The notes: generated by a model not told the origin, from the letters alone. DNA of 64,000 nt from an uncultured Chthonomonadaceae bacterium (GCA_963817895.1 CAWFQB010000014.1:64001-128000); one strand, 5' to 3'. Shown: positions 35,801-47,147, numbered from the stretch's first letter. Made by a program: numbers and translations.

Positions 35801-36215
35801 AGTTCTTCCGGTCACGAGAACTGACCCGCAGCAAAACGGAACTGATGATTTTCATGACGCCGCATGTGGTCAACACAGTTGAAGAAGCGCGTCGTCTGAC
35901 CATCACCGAGGGAGCGCCCTTAACACGGCAAATTCCCGATCTGTCGCGTCAGCAGCCGAACCTGACGTTGCCGACCGTTCCCAAAGGCTACAAGCCCGAC
36001 CCGAACGCGCCTGTGATTCGCGACCCCTCCGGCAAAGTGATTCCGAACTTTGACGAGAAGAAGAACAAGAGGCACGAACGACCCGAACAAACTCAGGCCC
36101 GAAAACCATTCCCGGCACAAACGGCGGCAACGGCACAGGCACGGGCAGCGGGTACAAACAATGGAACGGAACCGGCACGGGGTCAGGAACCTCCAATCCG
36201 ACTGGAACGCCGTAA
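32840..36215 (+). CDS. gspD: Secretin GspD (several frameshifts; ends approximate)
   Basis: FEFRGTDI N0 domain, N-domains (TNSLII, DPRTNTVLI), LDIVPRQVMIEVIIAEV, LATPRV, VQDGETIVIGGLI, KVPVLGDIPLIGQFFRS, ELMIFMTPHVV. Confidence 0.9.
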
Positions 36216-36237
36216 GGATTTTACCTCAGCGCCCGAA

Positions 36238-36273
36238 CCCCTCTCCTTGCCGCGCAACGCGCCAGGAGAGGGG
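36238..36273. repeat. REP-like palindrome CCCCTCTCCT-TGCCGCGCAACGCGC-CAGGAGAGGGG
   Basis: Near-identical copies at 39714-39749 and 60439-60474. Confidence 0.85.
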
Positions 36274-36292
36274 CTTTTTAGTGTAAAAACCA

Positions 36293-36877
36293 TTAAAGGA
36301 CGCTGGTTCCGGGGGTGTGAATGGGAACGCCCTGCGCGCAAAGGGGACACTCTTCAGGGGCGAATGTCTGCGCCTGCACGGTGAGCAGGGCCTCTTGACG
36401 CGGGCCGAGAACGACCGTTCCACCGCTGCGATCTACCAGAACGGCAGTTCCGACTACAACCGCTTGATGCTTGTCAGCGAATTCCAGACATTCGCGGGTC
36501 GCGCCGCCCGTCGTCATAATGTCGTCCACAATCAGAACGCGCGTGCCGGGCGGCAACTTCAGGCCGCGCCGTAACATCCGTTCGCCATTCTCTTTTTCCG
36601 CATACAAGGCCGGTAAGCCCATTTGCCGCGCTACTTCAAAAGCCAGCAGAATACCGCCTGTTGTGGGGCCGAGAACCACTTCAACCGCATCGGCCGCGAA
36701 CCGCCGCGCAATCTCCGCGCACAGGGTTTGCACATGCTGTGGATGTTGCAACACCCAAAACTTTTCCCAATATTCATTGCTGTGCCGCCCCGAAGACAGC
36801 CGGAAATGTCCTGTCATCAGCGCGTGACTGTCTAAAAATATCTGCCGAACCTGTACTTCCTCTAATGTATCCGTCAT
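36293..36877 (-). CDS. pyrE: Orotate phosphoribosyltransferase
   Basis: GHFRLSSGRHS, GPTTGGI, PRPP-binding motif VLIVDDIMTTGG, VDRS. Confidence 0.93.
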   Translation of the reverse strand: MTDTLEEVQVRQIFLDSHALMTGHFRLSSGRHSNEYWEKFWVLQHPQHVQTLCAEIARRFAADAVEVVLGPTTGGILLAFEVARQMGLPALYAEKENGERMLRRGLKLPPGTRVLIVDDIMTTGGATRECLEFADKHQAVVVGTAVLVDRSGGTVVLGPRQEALLTVQAQTFAPEECPLCAQGVPIHTPGTSVL

Positions 36878-36937
36878 GCCTGTGTTCTCCCTGTGTGGTA
36901 CTCGGTTTGCACAGTATAGAATGAAGCCTTTATTTTG

Positions 36938-38164
36938 TCAAGATGGGGTTGATATAGAATTTTCAGTCGCGTAAGTCGCGGCGACGTTGCGCCTCGCAAC
37001 TTCCAGAACGTTGTTCTTGAACAGGTAGCCGAATCCGGCGTGTTCCAGCCGCGACACAAGTTCATGGTAGGTTGTGCCGAGAGCATCCGCAGCTGCAATC
37101 AGGTCCCAGTCTTTCGCGGCAAGCTGACTCAGCAGAAAAGCGCGGCGAGTTTGCGCGGCGGACAGGCGATACGTTTTGAGGTACTCGATTTCGCCGGTGT
37201 CGCGGACGATGGCCTCACCAAAATGATTTTCCTCCATGGGGTTCAGGCTTGTAATGAACCGCTGAAGCGTGAACGGCCCAGGCTGATACACGGCGCTGCT
37301 GTCCACGCCGCGCTCCAGCAGATTACCCGCCATGACGCCGTGATAATCGGCCCACTCAGAACGTACCTGCGTGATTGTCGAACGGAGGTCATTCAAATTG
37401 GAGATATGGTTGGCGTCAAGAGTGACTTTGACCGGGTACGTGGTATCGTATAGCAGGGCATACTGATATAGCAGTTCGCCATAGAAATCTTCCAGCAGGC
37501 CACTGTGCAGCGCGCGATAATCTTCAGGACAGGGAACAACATAAGCCGAGGCAAGGGCTTCGGCCACGAATACCAACATGCCGACCTGCCCTTCGTGTAT
37601 CTCAAACACGCGCAGGGCTTCGGCAAGTCCGGCAATGGACTGCCCACCGTAAGCGACTTCACTACGGCAGGAAAGCCCGTTTGCCAGAGTGTCACGGGAG
37701 TATTCGCTCCACGCGATTGACGGCCCGCCGAAGAACAGCGACAGAAATCCCTCCATTGCCAGATGAAGCGGCAAAAATCGCAGTTGATTGCTGCCCTGCT
37801 CCCGCTTTGCCATTCGGTGAACAAGGCGCATACTGAACGGACCAAAATCTGTCCGTTTGCCGTGCAGGGTGGAGGGCGCGAGACGGGTTCCGTATACGGA
37901 GGTTGGCTGGCCTTCGGGCGTCCATGACAGCACCATGCCATGCGGCACATAGGAGTAGTAGGCGGTATTGCGTGGTTGTCCCCCGCCGCTGTTCAACGCA
38001 ACGGCAGTCAGGTCTTCGCCATAACGATGCTGCGACAAACGCAAATCGGAACGCGAGTTATGCCGAAGCAGTGGGACAAGCCGGATCGCGCCGCAGACCT
38101 GCGAAGGCGCAAGTTCCAGACCGCTCAGGGATATATTTTGTAATAGCGTTGTGTTGCGAGTCAT
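36938..38164 (-). CDS. ARPP-2-like domain protein with C-terminal Fis-type HTH
   Basis: IRLVPL, SYVPHG, LRFLPLHLAMEGFL, YLKTYRLSAAQTRR, then LSQLAAKDWDLIAAADALG (Fis-like HTH). Family recognised from memory, not searched. Confidence 0.6.
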   Translation of the reverse strand: MTRNTTLLQNISLSGLELAPSQVCGAIRLVPLLRHNSRSDLRLSQHRYGEDLTAVALNSGGGQPRNTAYYSYVPHGMVLSWTPEGQPTSVYGTRLAPSTLHGKRTDFGPFSMRLVHRMAKREQGSNQLRFLPLHLAMEGFLSLFFGGPSIAWSEYSRDTLANGLSCRSEVAYGGQSIAGLAEALRVFEIHEGQVGMLVFVAEALASAYVVPCPEDYRALHSGLLEDFYGELLYQYALLYDTTYPVKVTLDANHISNLNDLRSTITQVRSEWADYHGVMAGNLLERGVDSSAVYQPGPFTLQRFITSLNPMEENHFGEAIVRDTGEIEYLKTYRLSAAQTRRAFLLSQLAAKDWDLIAAADALGTTYHELVSRLEHAGFGYLFKNNVLEVARRNVAATYATENSISTPS

Positions 38165-38176
38165 GGCTTGTTGCCC

Positions 38177-39696
38177 TCAACCCCCGGCCCCTTCTCCCAA
38201 AAAAGCCTGGGAGAAGGGGAGTTGTTCATCATGTGATTCTTTCTGCTGTACTGATCTAACGGGCGTTCGGAGAAAGTTGTCCACTCTTGCGGCGAGATAG
38301 GTTTCCAGTTCTGCGAGTGTGGCGGAACCATCGGAAAAACGCGCGAAGCCAAGGGAAGTTGGCAGGTCGTCAGCGTCGCGCAATCCCACAGTGGGAATGT
38401 AAGGACTGACGGCGTGGGGCGCGTAATCATCGCCTGTGAAGACCGGGTTGCAATGGACGATGGAAACCGAATGGGTCTTATCCAGACAGGTACGGAAAAT
38501 ACGCAGGGCTTCCTGAGCGCCACATGGCGGATCGTTCTCGTAGCCATCGGAAACAATTACAATAAGTTCCGGTTCCCATTGAAGCGCGTCCAGAAGGGGC
38601 ATCACGATGTTTGTCTGCCCGCGCGGTTCGACAAGGAGGGGCGATTCTGGCTGGCGTGTCCAGAAGGCGCGATACTCCCGCGACTGCCTGTTCCAGCAGA
38701 ACATGCGCGGCAAGAGCAACCCCAAGCGGACGCCTCCGTTTTTCCGATGAACCAGAACTGGAGTAGCTGCAATCCAGAATCGCAGCCACTTTGCCTGCCC
38801 GCAGCGGAGATCGGCGCAGGACCGTTTGGCTGGCTTGCCGCAAAGCATGGGCGAGTTCTTCCTGTCGCTCCCGTCGGACTTCGAGGGGCAGGGACAGAAT
38901 ATACAGAGCAAGTTTCGTCAGCGGAAGGCGTGTCCAATCCAGTTCCAATTCCACGCGCTTCATGTCCCGCGTTGCTTTTTGCAGGCGCAGTTTCTCTCCT
39001 TCTGTCATTTGCGATGCGATCCGCGCCATAAATTTTTCACGCGGTATACGATGTCTGTGCGCCAGTCCTTCAGCAATGGTATAAGGCAGGCTATAAACGG
39101 CTTCCGCGCTGTAGTGCGCCTGTCGAAACGTTTCAAACAGGGGCGTGGCGAATACCGACTGCTTGCGGAACCGGAACAGAAAAGAACTCAACTCGCGCTT
39201 CCAACTTCAGATGCGCGTGAAGGGCAATGGAGCGTACTTTACTCCGATACTTGACGGCTTCAAAGGTCAAATCGCGCTTTTGCGCCAGATAATCGCGGGC
39301 AAGGGCGCGTGTTCGGCGGTTATTGATGCCGCGCTTCCGCGCCTGTTCCCACAGTTTCCACCCCCGCTGCGGCGGCAATCCGCGAAGCGCGGCGTTGATG
39401 AGCGCGTTTTCTTCGGCGCGGTGTTCCGGGCGGGTACGGCGTCCTGTCGCCAGCAGGTTGAGAATAATCTGCGCCTGATTGAAATGGTTGATTCCTGCGG
39501 CAAGCGTCCGCGCGTACAGCAGGCGATAGTTTCCGAGAATGTACTCATGCAGAAACGCGATGCTGACGCGGGGCGAATACTTGCTGCCATAAAACTCGCG
39601 TTGCCCCGTACAGGCAAAACAGGCGTTGATAAACATGGTCAGGTCTTCCCGCGCCACCTGCGCCACACGGTCAAAATTTACTTCTTTGCTGGACAC
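38177..39696 (-). CDS. Ro60/TROVE-like helical protein with C-terminal vWA domain (two frameshifts)
   Basis: Basic helical N-region (REDL.MFINAC, INHFN, NNRRTR, AVKYR, LPYTIAEG), MIDAS motif AILDCSYS, T (GQT) and IVIVSDGYEN. Confidence 0.65.
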
Positions 39697-39768
39697 TTGA
39701 GAACCTCACTCAACCCCTCTCCTTGTCGCGCAACGCGCTAGGAGAGGGGCTATATTCAAATTTTGAGA

Positions 39769-39889
39769 GGGAGTACAGGTGAGCCATTCGGGGAAAGGCG
39801 GCGCGACTGGCTAGGACAGCTTCACAGGCTGGAGTCGGAAGTCGCGTCAAAGTCCCGCGAATGGCTTGAACAGTGTAGCATACTGCTCC
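39769..39889 (-). ncRNA. Candidate structured ncRNA (Y-RNA-like or cis leader) upstream of the Ro60-like gene
   Basis: Nested complementary segments on the + coordinates: 39770-75 with 39881-89, AGCCATTCG 39782-90 with CGAATGGCT 39858-66, GGGA with TCCC, CGCGACT 39802-08 with AGTCGCG 39840-46, CAGC with GCTG. Strand inferred from the adjacent operon. Confidence 0.55.
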
Positions 39890-40030
39890 TTGTCCCTGAC
39901 AGATGCAGGAAAGGGAAAGTTGCGCAAGTCAGGCGGAAGTAAAATCGGCAGGAAAATAGCCACACGTTGCGCAACAAAGATGTCGTAGGCTGAAGTATTG
40001 GATTTAGTGAAGAGGGGCGGACGCGACATA

Positions 40031-42659
40031 ATGCACAACGGGGATGAGGTTACATGGCAGGCGCAATGGATATGGGGTTGCGAGTCGTTGATGGATGAGA
40101 CTATTTCTGCGAATATAGAAGCAATCCAAAGTACGCCGCGCTATTTCTATTTTCGTAAAACGTTCGCTCTTGCAGAGGACGTGGACACCGCAGTTCTTCG
40201 CGCCTGTGCCGACTCGCGCTATCGTCTGTGGGTGAATGGACGGCTTGTGGGGCATGGCCCTGCCCGGAGCGATCCGGCACACCAATATTATGACATTTAT
40301 GATTTGGAACCGCTACCTGCGACCGGGCGAGAACACCGTTGCCGTCCTTGTCACGCATTATGGCATTGGAACCTGCTTTTCACGCCGGGGAAGACCAGGA
40401 CTGCTCCTGCAATTGGAAGTAGCGAAGGCGAACACCCCTCCTCTTATCAGTCGGCACGGGAACGGATTGGAAATGCGCGCCCGCGCCGTACCTGACCGGC
40501 TTTCCCCGCATGAGCATACAGCTTGCTTACCCGGAGGTATTGGATGCGCGACTGGAACCCGTCAGTTGGAACCTGCCCGGCTTTAATGATCGCGAATGGC
40601 AAAACGCAACTCTCATTGGCCCTGTCGGTACGCCCCCGTGGACAACTCTTCATCCCCGTGACATTCCCCTGCCATACTTCCGTACCGTCGCGGATATGAA
40701 GACGATACAGGTGAATGTGGTTGAAAAAGAAGAGGAGATACAAGAGACGAGATACGAGATACGAGAAGGAGAAGATTCATCCTTCATCCCTCATCCTTCA
40801 TCCTTTGCCTTCACGCCTGCGCAAGATATGGAGGCGGCGACGCGATTACAGCCTGCTTTGCCGGGAAGCGTTACGTACAAGCATCCCGCGCTGTTTACGG
40901 TTGCGCCGCAATCCGGAACGAAGGGTATTTCGGTCGTGCTGGATTTCGGGAAGGAGGTTAGCGGGTTTCCGCTGGTGGTGGTACGCAAAAGTGGCGGGGG
41001 ACGGGTGGACATCGGGTACAGCGAACGGCTGGAAACGGATGGAACAGTGAATCCCAATCGTTGGGGCGGGTGCGATGTGCATTACGCGGACAGGCTGCTG
41101 CTGCGGAGTGGGCATCAGACGTGGGAAGCGCTGGACCATCGGGCATTTCGCTATATGCGGCTGGACTTTTACGACAATCCTGAGCCGGTGGAAATGCTGG
41201 TGGAGATGCGTTTGAGCGGCTACCCTGTGGAAAAGCGCGGCGATTTCCAGTGTTCGGACGCGATCTTTGCAGCGCATCTGGGAGGTGGGCTGCTATACAA
41301 CCGAATTGTGCATGGACGATGGCTTTATGGATTGTCCCTGGCGCGAACGGGGGCAATGGCTGGGAGATGCGCGAGTGGAGGCATTGGTAGCCGCGTATGC
41401 GTTCGGGGATACCGACACTCGCCCGCAAAGCCCTGCTGCAATACCCGCAGTCGCAGGAGGAAACAGGCTGGTTTCGGGGCGTGTTTCCCGCCGACCCGCC
41501 CTTCGATACCATGCTGCCGACGTTCTGCATGATCTGGCCGGTCGCGCTGTGGGATTATTTCCTGCTGACGAATGACCGGAGTTTGCTGGAAGCCGTATGG
41601 CCCAATATGGAACGATTGATTGTCGGCTATTGAGCGGCATATGGACGAGGACGGACTGGTTGCCGATTTGCCGGGGTGGGTATTTGTGGATTGGGCGAAG
41701 GTGAATACGAAGGGAATGTCAACAGCCGTAAACGCAATGGCGGTTGACGCCCTGCAACATGCCGCCAAAATCGCCCGCGCGCTCGGTTATCCCGACAGGG
41801 GCGGCAAATGGCAGATTGCCGCCCATGACATTCGCGAAGCGGTCAACGATCTGCTGTGGGAAAGGGAACAGGGCGTTTACATTGACGGCATTGTTGAGGG
41901 AGAACTCTGCACGACGCCGTCAGCGAACAGGCGAATATTTTATGCGCCCTGGTCGGGATCGCGGATACGCAGCAGACAGAGCGCTTGCTGGGGATTATGG
42001 CAATGCACGCGTGACGCCACGTCATAAAGACGGATGTTCGTATTGCCACGCCCTACTTTGCTTTTTATCAGTTGATGCTGCTGTACAGAATGGAACGCAG
42101 GAGCAGGCAGGATGGTGGTATCTACGCGTCGCGATTGGGCGCGATGTTAGGCGCGGGCGCGACGACGTTCTGGGAGCAGTGGGGGCCACACTGGAGCCTG
42201 TGCCACGCCTGGAGCGCCGCGCCATCCTACTTCCTCATGGCGTATATGGCAGGTATCCGTCCGACGCAACCCGGCTTTGAAGAGTTCGATGTGCATCTGG
42301 AACCGCTGACATCTGACGTGGCTGCGCTGCACGGTTCCCACGCCGCACGGGGACATCGCACTGCATCGTATCACAATCGTCAGCCGCGCCCGCGTACAAG
42401 ACCCGATGGGAAATGCCATTCCCTCCGGCCCCAATTCGCCTGCCATCACCGTCAATCTCACCGTTCCCACCGGAACCGCGCGCCCATGTGCGCCTGCCGC
42501 TTGGTGACATTGCCGCGCCGACCATCACTGCTCAACGGCAAAACCATCTGGGACAAAGGCAATCCCATTGCCCCAGGCGGCGATAAATTCATCCGGGAAG
42601 AGGATTACGTCGTGTTCGCCATCATCGGCGGACGCTACCATGTGGAGATAGGTAAGTAG
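40031..42659 (+). CDS. Alpha-L-rhamnosidase-like glycoside hydrolase (GH78), frameshifted
   Basis: AQWIW, YFRKTF, ADSRYRLWVNG, LDFGKE, RAFRY, DCPWRERGQWLGD, FVDW, GATTFWE, SLCHAWS. Confidence 0.88.
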
Positions 42660-42743
42660 GTTGATAGGTTGTTAGGTATGAGGATGGCAAAGGTGATACA
42701 TTTGACGACTAACAATCCTATACAACTAACAACCTAACAACTT

Positions 42744-43134
42744 CTACTTCTTTCCCCCGGAACCGCCAATGGCGACGACCATGACGCCCCCAATGATAAT
42801 CAGTGTTCCGATCCAGCGGGCGGGTTTTATATCTTCGTGCAGGTAGAATTTGGACAACAATGCGCCAAGCAGGTAGGAGGAGGCGGAGAGAGGGAGCGCG
42901 AAACTCAAATCGGTCAGGCCAAGCGTATACATATACAAGCGCGACATAGCCCACCATCAGCAGCCCGCCCGCGATCACATGCCAGTCTACCAAGCGCGGC
43001 TTTGATCTGCATCGAGAACGCTTGCCTGTTCCTGATGCGTTTGTTTCATGCCTTTCGACGGCTAAGGCCTCGCCAATAGCGGCAAAAACCACTGCCGCCA
43101 TCATAACAAAAAATACCTGCCATTTTTCCGACAT
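42744..43134 (-). CDS. Small EamA/SMR-type membrane transporter (frameshifted)
   Basis: Hydrophobic helices, DLSFALPL, LHEDI...RWIG. Confidence 0.7.
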
Positions 43135-43496
43135 TCCGGCTCCTTTGCGTAGACGTACTCTCCTGTACGCAATTGAGGAGGAGAACGTTAGGAACCGAAA
43201 AGCCGATAAAGATAACAGTTTACCCTTTCCAAACCCGAAACTATCCGTTATACTATATGTTGTGAGGGTGAAAGCAGAGGCGAATGTTTCACAGATAATG
43301 AGCGCGAACATGCGCGTGGCAAATCTGCGTATCAAATACAGATAGTTCCGTGTTGAAGTGGGGCCATATTGGCTTTGCGTTTGCTTGTGGTTGATGTGGC
43401 AGAAAAGTGTGTTCTGTCGAAGCAAGGAATTTGCTGATGATAACGGCATGTGGGTTCGGTCACAAAAATTTAAGCGCATCGAACGGTAAACAGGAG

Positions 43497-44847
43497 ATGT
43501 CGCCCATTCGGGCGTTACGGCTGTGCCTGGCGTTGTGCGCGGTACTGTTGTCCTGCGCGAGTTTCGGGCAGGAGCCGCCGGTGAACACGCCTTCCACTCT
43601 GCCTGTTGCTTCGTCTGTGTCCCTGCCTGCCGATCCCACACTTCTTGCCACCACGAAAATTGAGCCGGGATTTCTGCTGCGCGTGGAGGTGGCGGATGAG
43701 GCGCAGTTGACCGGCGAGTACGATGTGGACGCGCAGGGCGCGATCCATTTCACGCTGGCGGATGAGCAGGGCAAGCACAAAGAAGAGTGGAGCGTGAAGG
43801 TCGGGCAGAAGACAGCGGAGGAAGCGGCGATGCTGGTAGCCGAAAGCCTGAAAGCCTATATACGGCAGCCCAACGTGCATGTGATACTGCTGAAACGCCC
43901 CCGCTTGCATGTGGAAATGGCGGGAACCGGATGCAAACCGGGACTGCTGGAACTGCCGTTGGATGCGCGGCTTTCCGATGTGATGTTCGTTTGCAAGCAG
44001 AACGCTGATTACGCGCATCTGCTGCTTGTTCGAAAACGGCAAGCGGCGACAAAGCAACAACTGCGCCTGCCTCTGCCGTTAAAACCGTTGTTGATAATGG
44101 TGTCGCCAACGAGGGAGAAAACACGCCCGCCACCCGCGCCCTGACCATCAATTTCGAGGATTACCAGCAGGGGCAGAGCGGCGACGATCCCAAACTGGAA
44201 GATGGCGACAAGATTTATATTCAGATGAAGCCGCCGGGAACGCCGGAACACGTGCTGCGCACGGTGCGCGTCGTGGGCGAAGTGGGGCGCGAAGTGGATA
44301 TTCCGCTTGTCGGCAGGCATGACGGTGAAGGACGCGCTGACGCGGGCGGGCGGGCTGAAAGACACGGCGGATCCCAACAACATACGCCTGCATCGGGGCG
44401 AAAGCGGCAAGGATTACGAATTAAGGCGGCGGGCATACAGGGCGAAGACGCGAAAATCAACATGGTGCTGGAGCCGGGAGATTACCTCATCGCGTACAAG
44501 CGCGATTTGAGTATGCGCTGGGGCATTGACGGCGAAGTGATGGCCGCAAACGTCTTCCCCTACGTGCCGGGTTTCAAAATGACGATTACGAAGGCGGTCA
44601 GCATGGCGGGTGGCCTGACCAAAAAAGCGGAACATCACAAGGGTGTCCTGCGCAAAGGCTATCTCATCAATCCCACCAAAACCCGCGACATCATATTTCG
44701 ATTACGACGCCATCAAGAACAAGAAACAGCAGGATTTTGAAGTGGAAGCCGGGTGACGTGGTGGTGATTTTGCAGCGTCAGCACCGCCCGACCATCTGGC
44801 AAAAACTGCTGCCTCTCGCGCTGAAGTTCATTCCATTGCCGATATAA
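43497..44847 (+). CDS. Polysaccharide export (Poly_export) and SLBB-domain protein, frameshifted
   Basis: Signal peptide, IEPG.LL.V.V, YIRQPNV, VVGEV, ALTRAGGL, LEPGD, AVSMAGGL. Confidence 0.7.
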
Positions 44848-45093
44848 TTTCACCACCCGCTGCGCTAGAGACACAGAGACACAGAGAGGAGTAAAGAGAA
44901 GATAGGAGATAGGAGATACGAGATACGAGAGGAGAATAGACAGGATTTTCAGGATTGAACAGGATTATGTTGGAGCGGGAAGGCTTGTGGTTATTCCCTC
45001 TCGTATCTCGTATCTCCTATCTTCTCTTTACTCCTCTCGCATTGGCTTTTCCTCTGTGTCTTTGTGTCTCTAGCGCAGCGGGTGGTGAAATTA
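44845..45093. repeat. Nested palindromic element of about 250 bp
   Basis: Outer arms of about 42 bp beginning TAATTTCACCACCCGCTGCGCTAGAGACAC, inner arms of GATAGGA/GATACGA units (44884-44932 versus 44997-45038), and a central ACAGGATT tract. Confidence 0.9.
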
Positions 45094-45157
45094 TTTAGTA
45101 TTTTGAGTTGTCAGTGAGTTATAGATTGGGTTGAAAGTGAAGATTGGAAGAAGAGTG

Positions 45158-47147
45158 ATGAGTGAGACTTATGATGTGTTGGTGATTGGGGCGGGACATG
45201 CGGGCTGCGAGGCGGCATTGGCGGCGGCGCGCATGGGCTGCCGGACGGCAATTTGCCACGCTGAATTTCGAGCGTATCGGGCATTTGCCGTGCAATTGTT
45301 CCATTGGCGGGCCGGCAAAGGGGCATCTGGCGCGGGAAGTGGACGCACTGGGCGGCGAAATGGGCCGGAACACGGACAAGACGCTGACGCACATTCGGTA
45401 TGTCGGCACGGGCAAAGGCCCTGCCGTGCAAACTCTCCGCGCCCATGCCGACAAGGAATTGTACCCGCAGGAGATGCGCCGCGTCCTGGAAACCACGCCG
45501 AACCTGACGATGCTGCAAGTGGCCGTGGAAGACCTTCTGACAAAGGATGAAGGCGGAAGGATGAAGGATGAAGACAATATAAATACATCCCTCATCCCTC
45601 ATCCTTCCGCCTTTGTCGCCGGTGTTCGTCTTGCGGATGGAACGGAGATTACGGCGAAAACTGTAGTGGTGACGACGGGGACGTTTTTGAACGGGCTGAT
45701 GCACTGCGGGGAAACGCAGACGGCGGGGGGGCGGCGTGGGGGAAGCGCACAGCGTCGGATTGTCGGGGGCGTTGCAGCGGTTGGGGTTCCGGTTGGGGCG
45801 GTTCAAGACGGGAACGACGCCGCGCATCAATCGGCGCACGGTTGATTTTGCGCGGACAGATGCGAGCAGAACGTCGGAAGATTGCCCGCCGTTTTCGTTT
45901 TTGAATGAAACGCTGAATCCCGCCGCGTCCGCTTCTGTCCGTGCTGGCAGACGCAGACGAACTACGCATACGCATGACATTATTCGCGCCAATCTGGAAC
46001 GGTCGGCGATGTATGGCGGGCGGATTGTGGGATCTGGGCCGCGCTATTGTCCAAGTATTGAGGATAAGGTAGTACGGTTTGCGGATAAGGACTCGCATCC
46101 CGTGTTTCTGGAGCAGGAGACGTGGGACGGCGACTCGATGTATGTGCAGGGCATGAGTACCAGTATGCCCGCCGACGTGCAGATCGCATTTTTGCGGACG
46201 TGCCCGGATTGGAGCAGGTAGAGATGCTGCGGCCTGGCTATGCGGTCGAGTACGACATGGTGTATCCTGACCAACTGCATCCCACGCTGGAAACCAAAAC
46301 GGTGCGCGGGCTGTTTCTGGCCGGGCAGATCAACGGCACGAGCGGCTACGAGGAGGCGGCGGCGCAGGGCATCGTGGCGGGCATCAACGCGGGTCTGCAG
46401 GCGCAGGAACGCCCGCCGCTGATTTTGGAACGGCAGGGCAGTTACATCGGCGTGTTGATAGATGATCTGGTGACAAAGGGCGTGATGGACCCGTACCGGA
46501 TGCTGACCTCGCGGGCAGAGTACCGTCTGCTGCTGCGGCACGACAACGCGGATATGCGCCTGACGCCGATTGGACGCGAGGCGGGCGTAGTGACGGACGA
46601 GCGTTGGGAGCGGTTTGAAGATAAGCGGGAAGCCATCGAGGGGGAGCGGAAGCGGTTCGCGTCTACATTCGTGTGGCCCCGGCACAGCGCGCGGCTGGAA
46701 GCGATTGGCACAAGCGGCATCGGCGAAAACAAGATAGCTCTGCTGACACTGCTGAAGCGGCCTGAACTGACGTATTCGACCCTGTCGCAACTGGCGCGGG
46801 AACTCGACCCGGACAATATACCCGGCGAGAATGTGACCAGAGCGGTTGGCGAACAGGTGGAATTACAGGTCAAATACGAGGGTTACATTCATCGGCAGGG
46901 GATGCAGGCGGAGCAGGCGATCAAAAATGGAGTCGGTAGAGATTCCCGAAGATATGGACTACGCGGTTTTGCAACTCCACTTTCTCATGAGGGACGGGAA
47001 AAATTGGGCAAAATCCGTCCGCGTTCACTGGGGCAGGCGGGGCGTATTCCCGGCCTGCGTCCCGGCGACATTCAGGTGCTCTACATCCATCTGGAACAGC
47101 GACGGCGCGGCAGCAAAACGCCGGGAGTAGTTGCCGCCGCGTCCTGA
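45158..47147 (+). CDS. mnmG: tRNA uridine-5-carboxymethylaminomethyl modification enzyme (frameshifted)
   Basis: [73 protein letters not shown]. Confidence 0.95.

Noticed and set aside
39769..39889. tRNA or SRP RNA identity for the structured element
   Set aside because: No cloverleaf with a TTCRA T-loop, and no SRP GNRA-capped domain IV motif, could be recognised by eye.
44845..45093. CRISPR array
   Set aside because: The repeats are 7-9-mer tandem units in inverted arms, with no constant repeat plus unique spacer periodicity and no cas genes.
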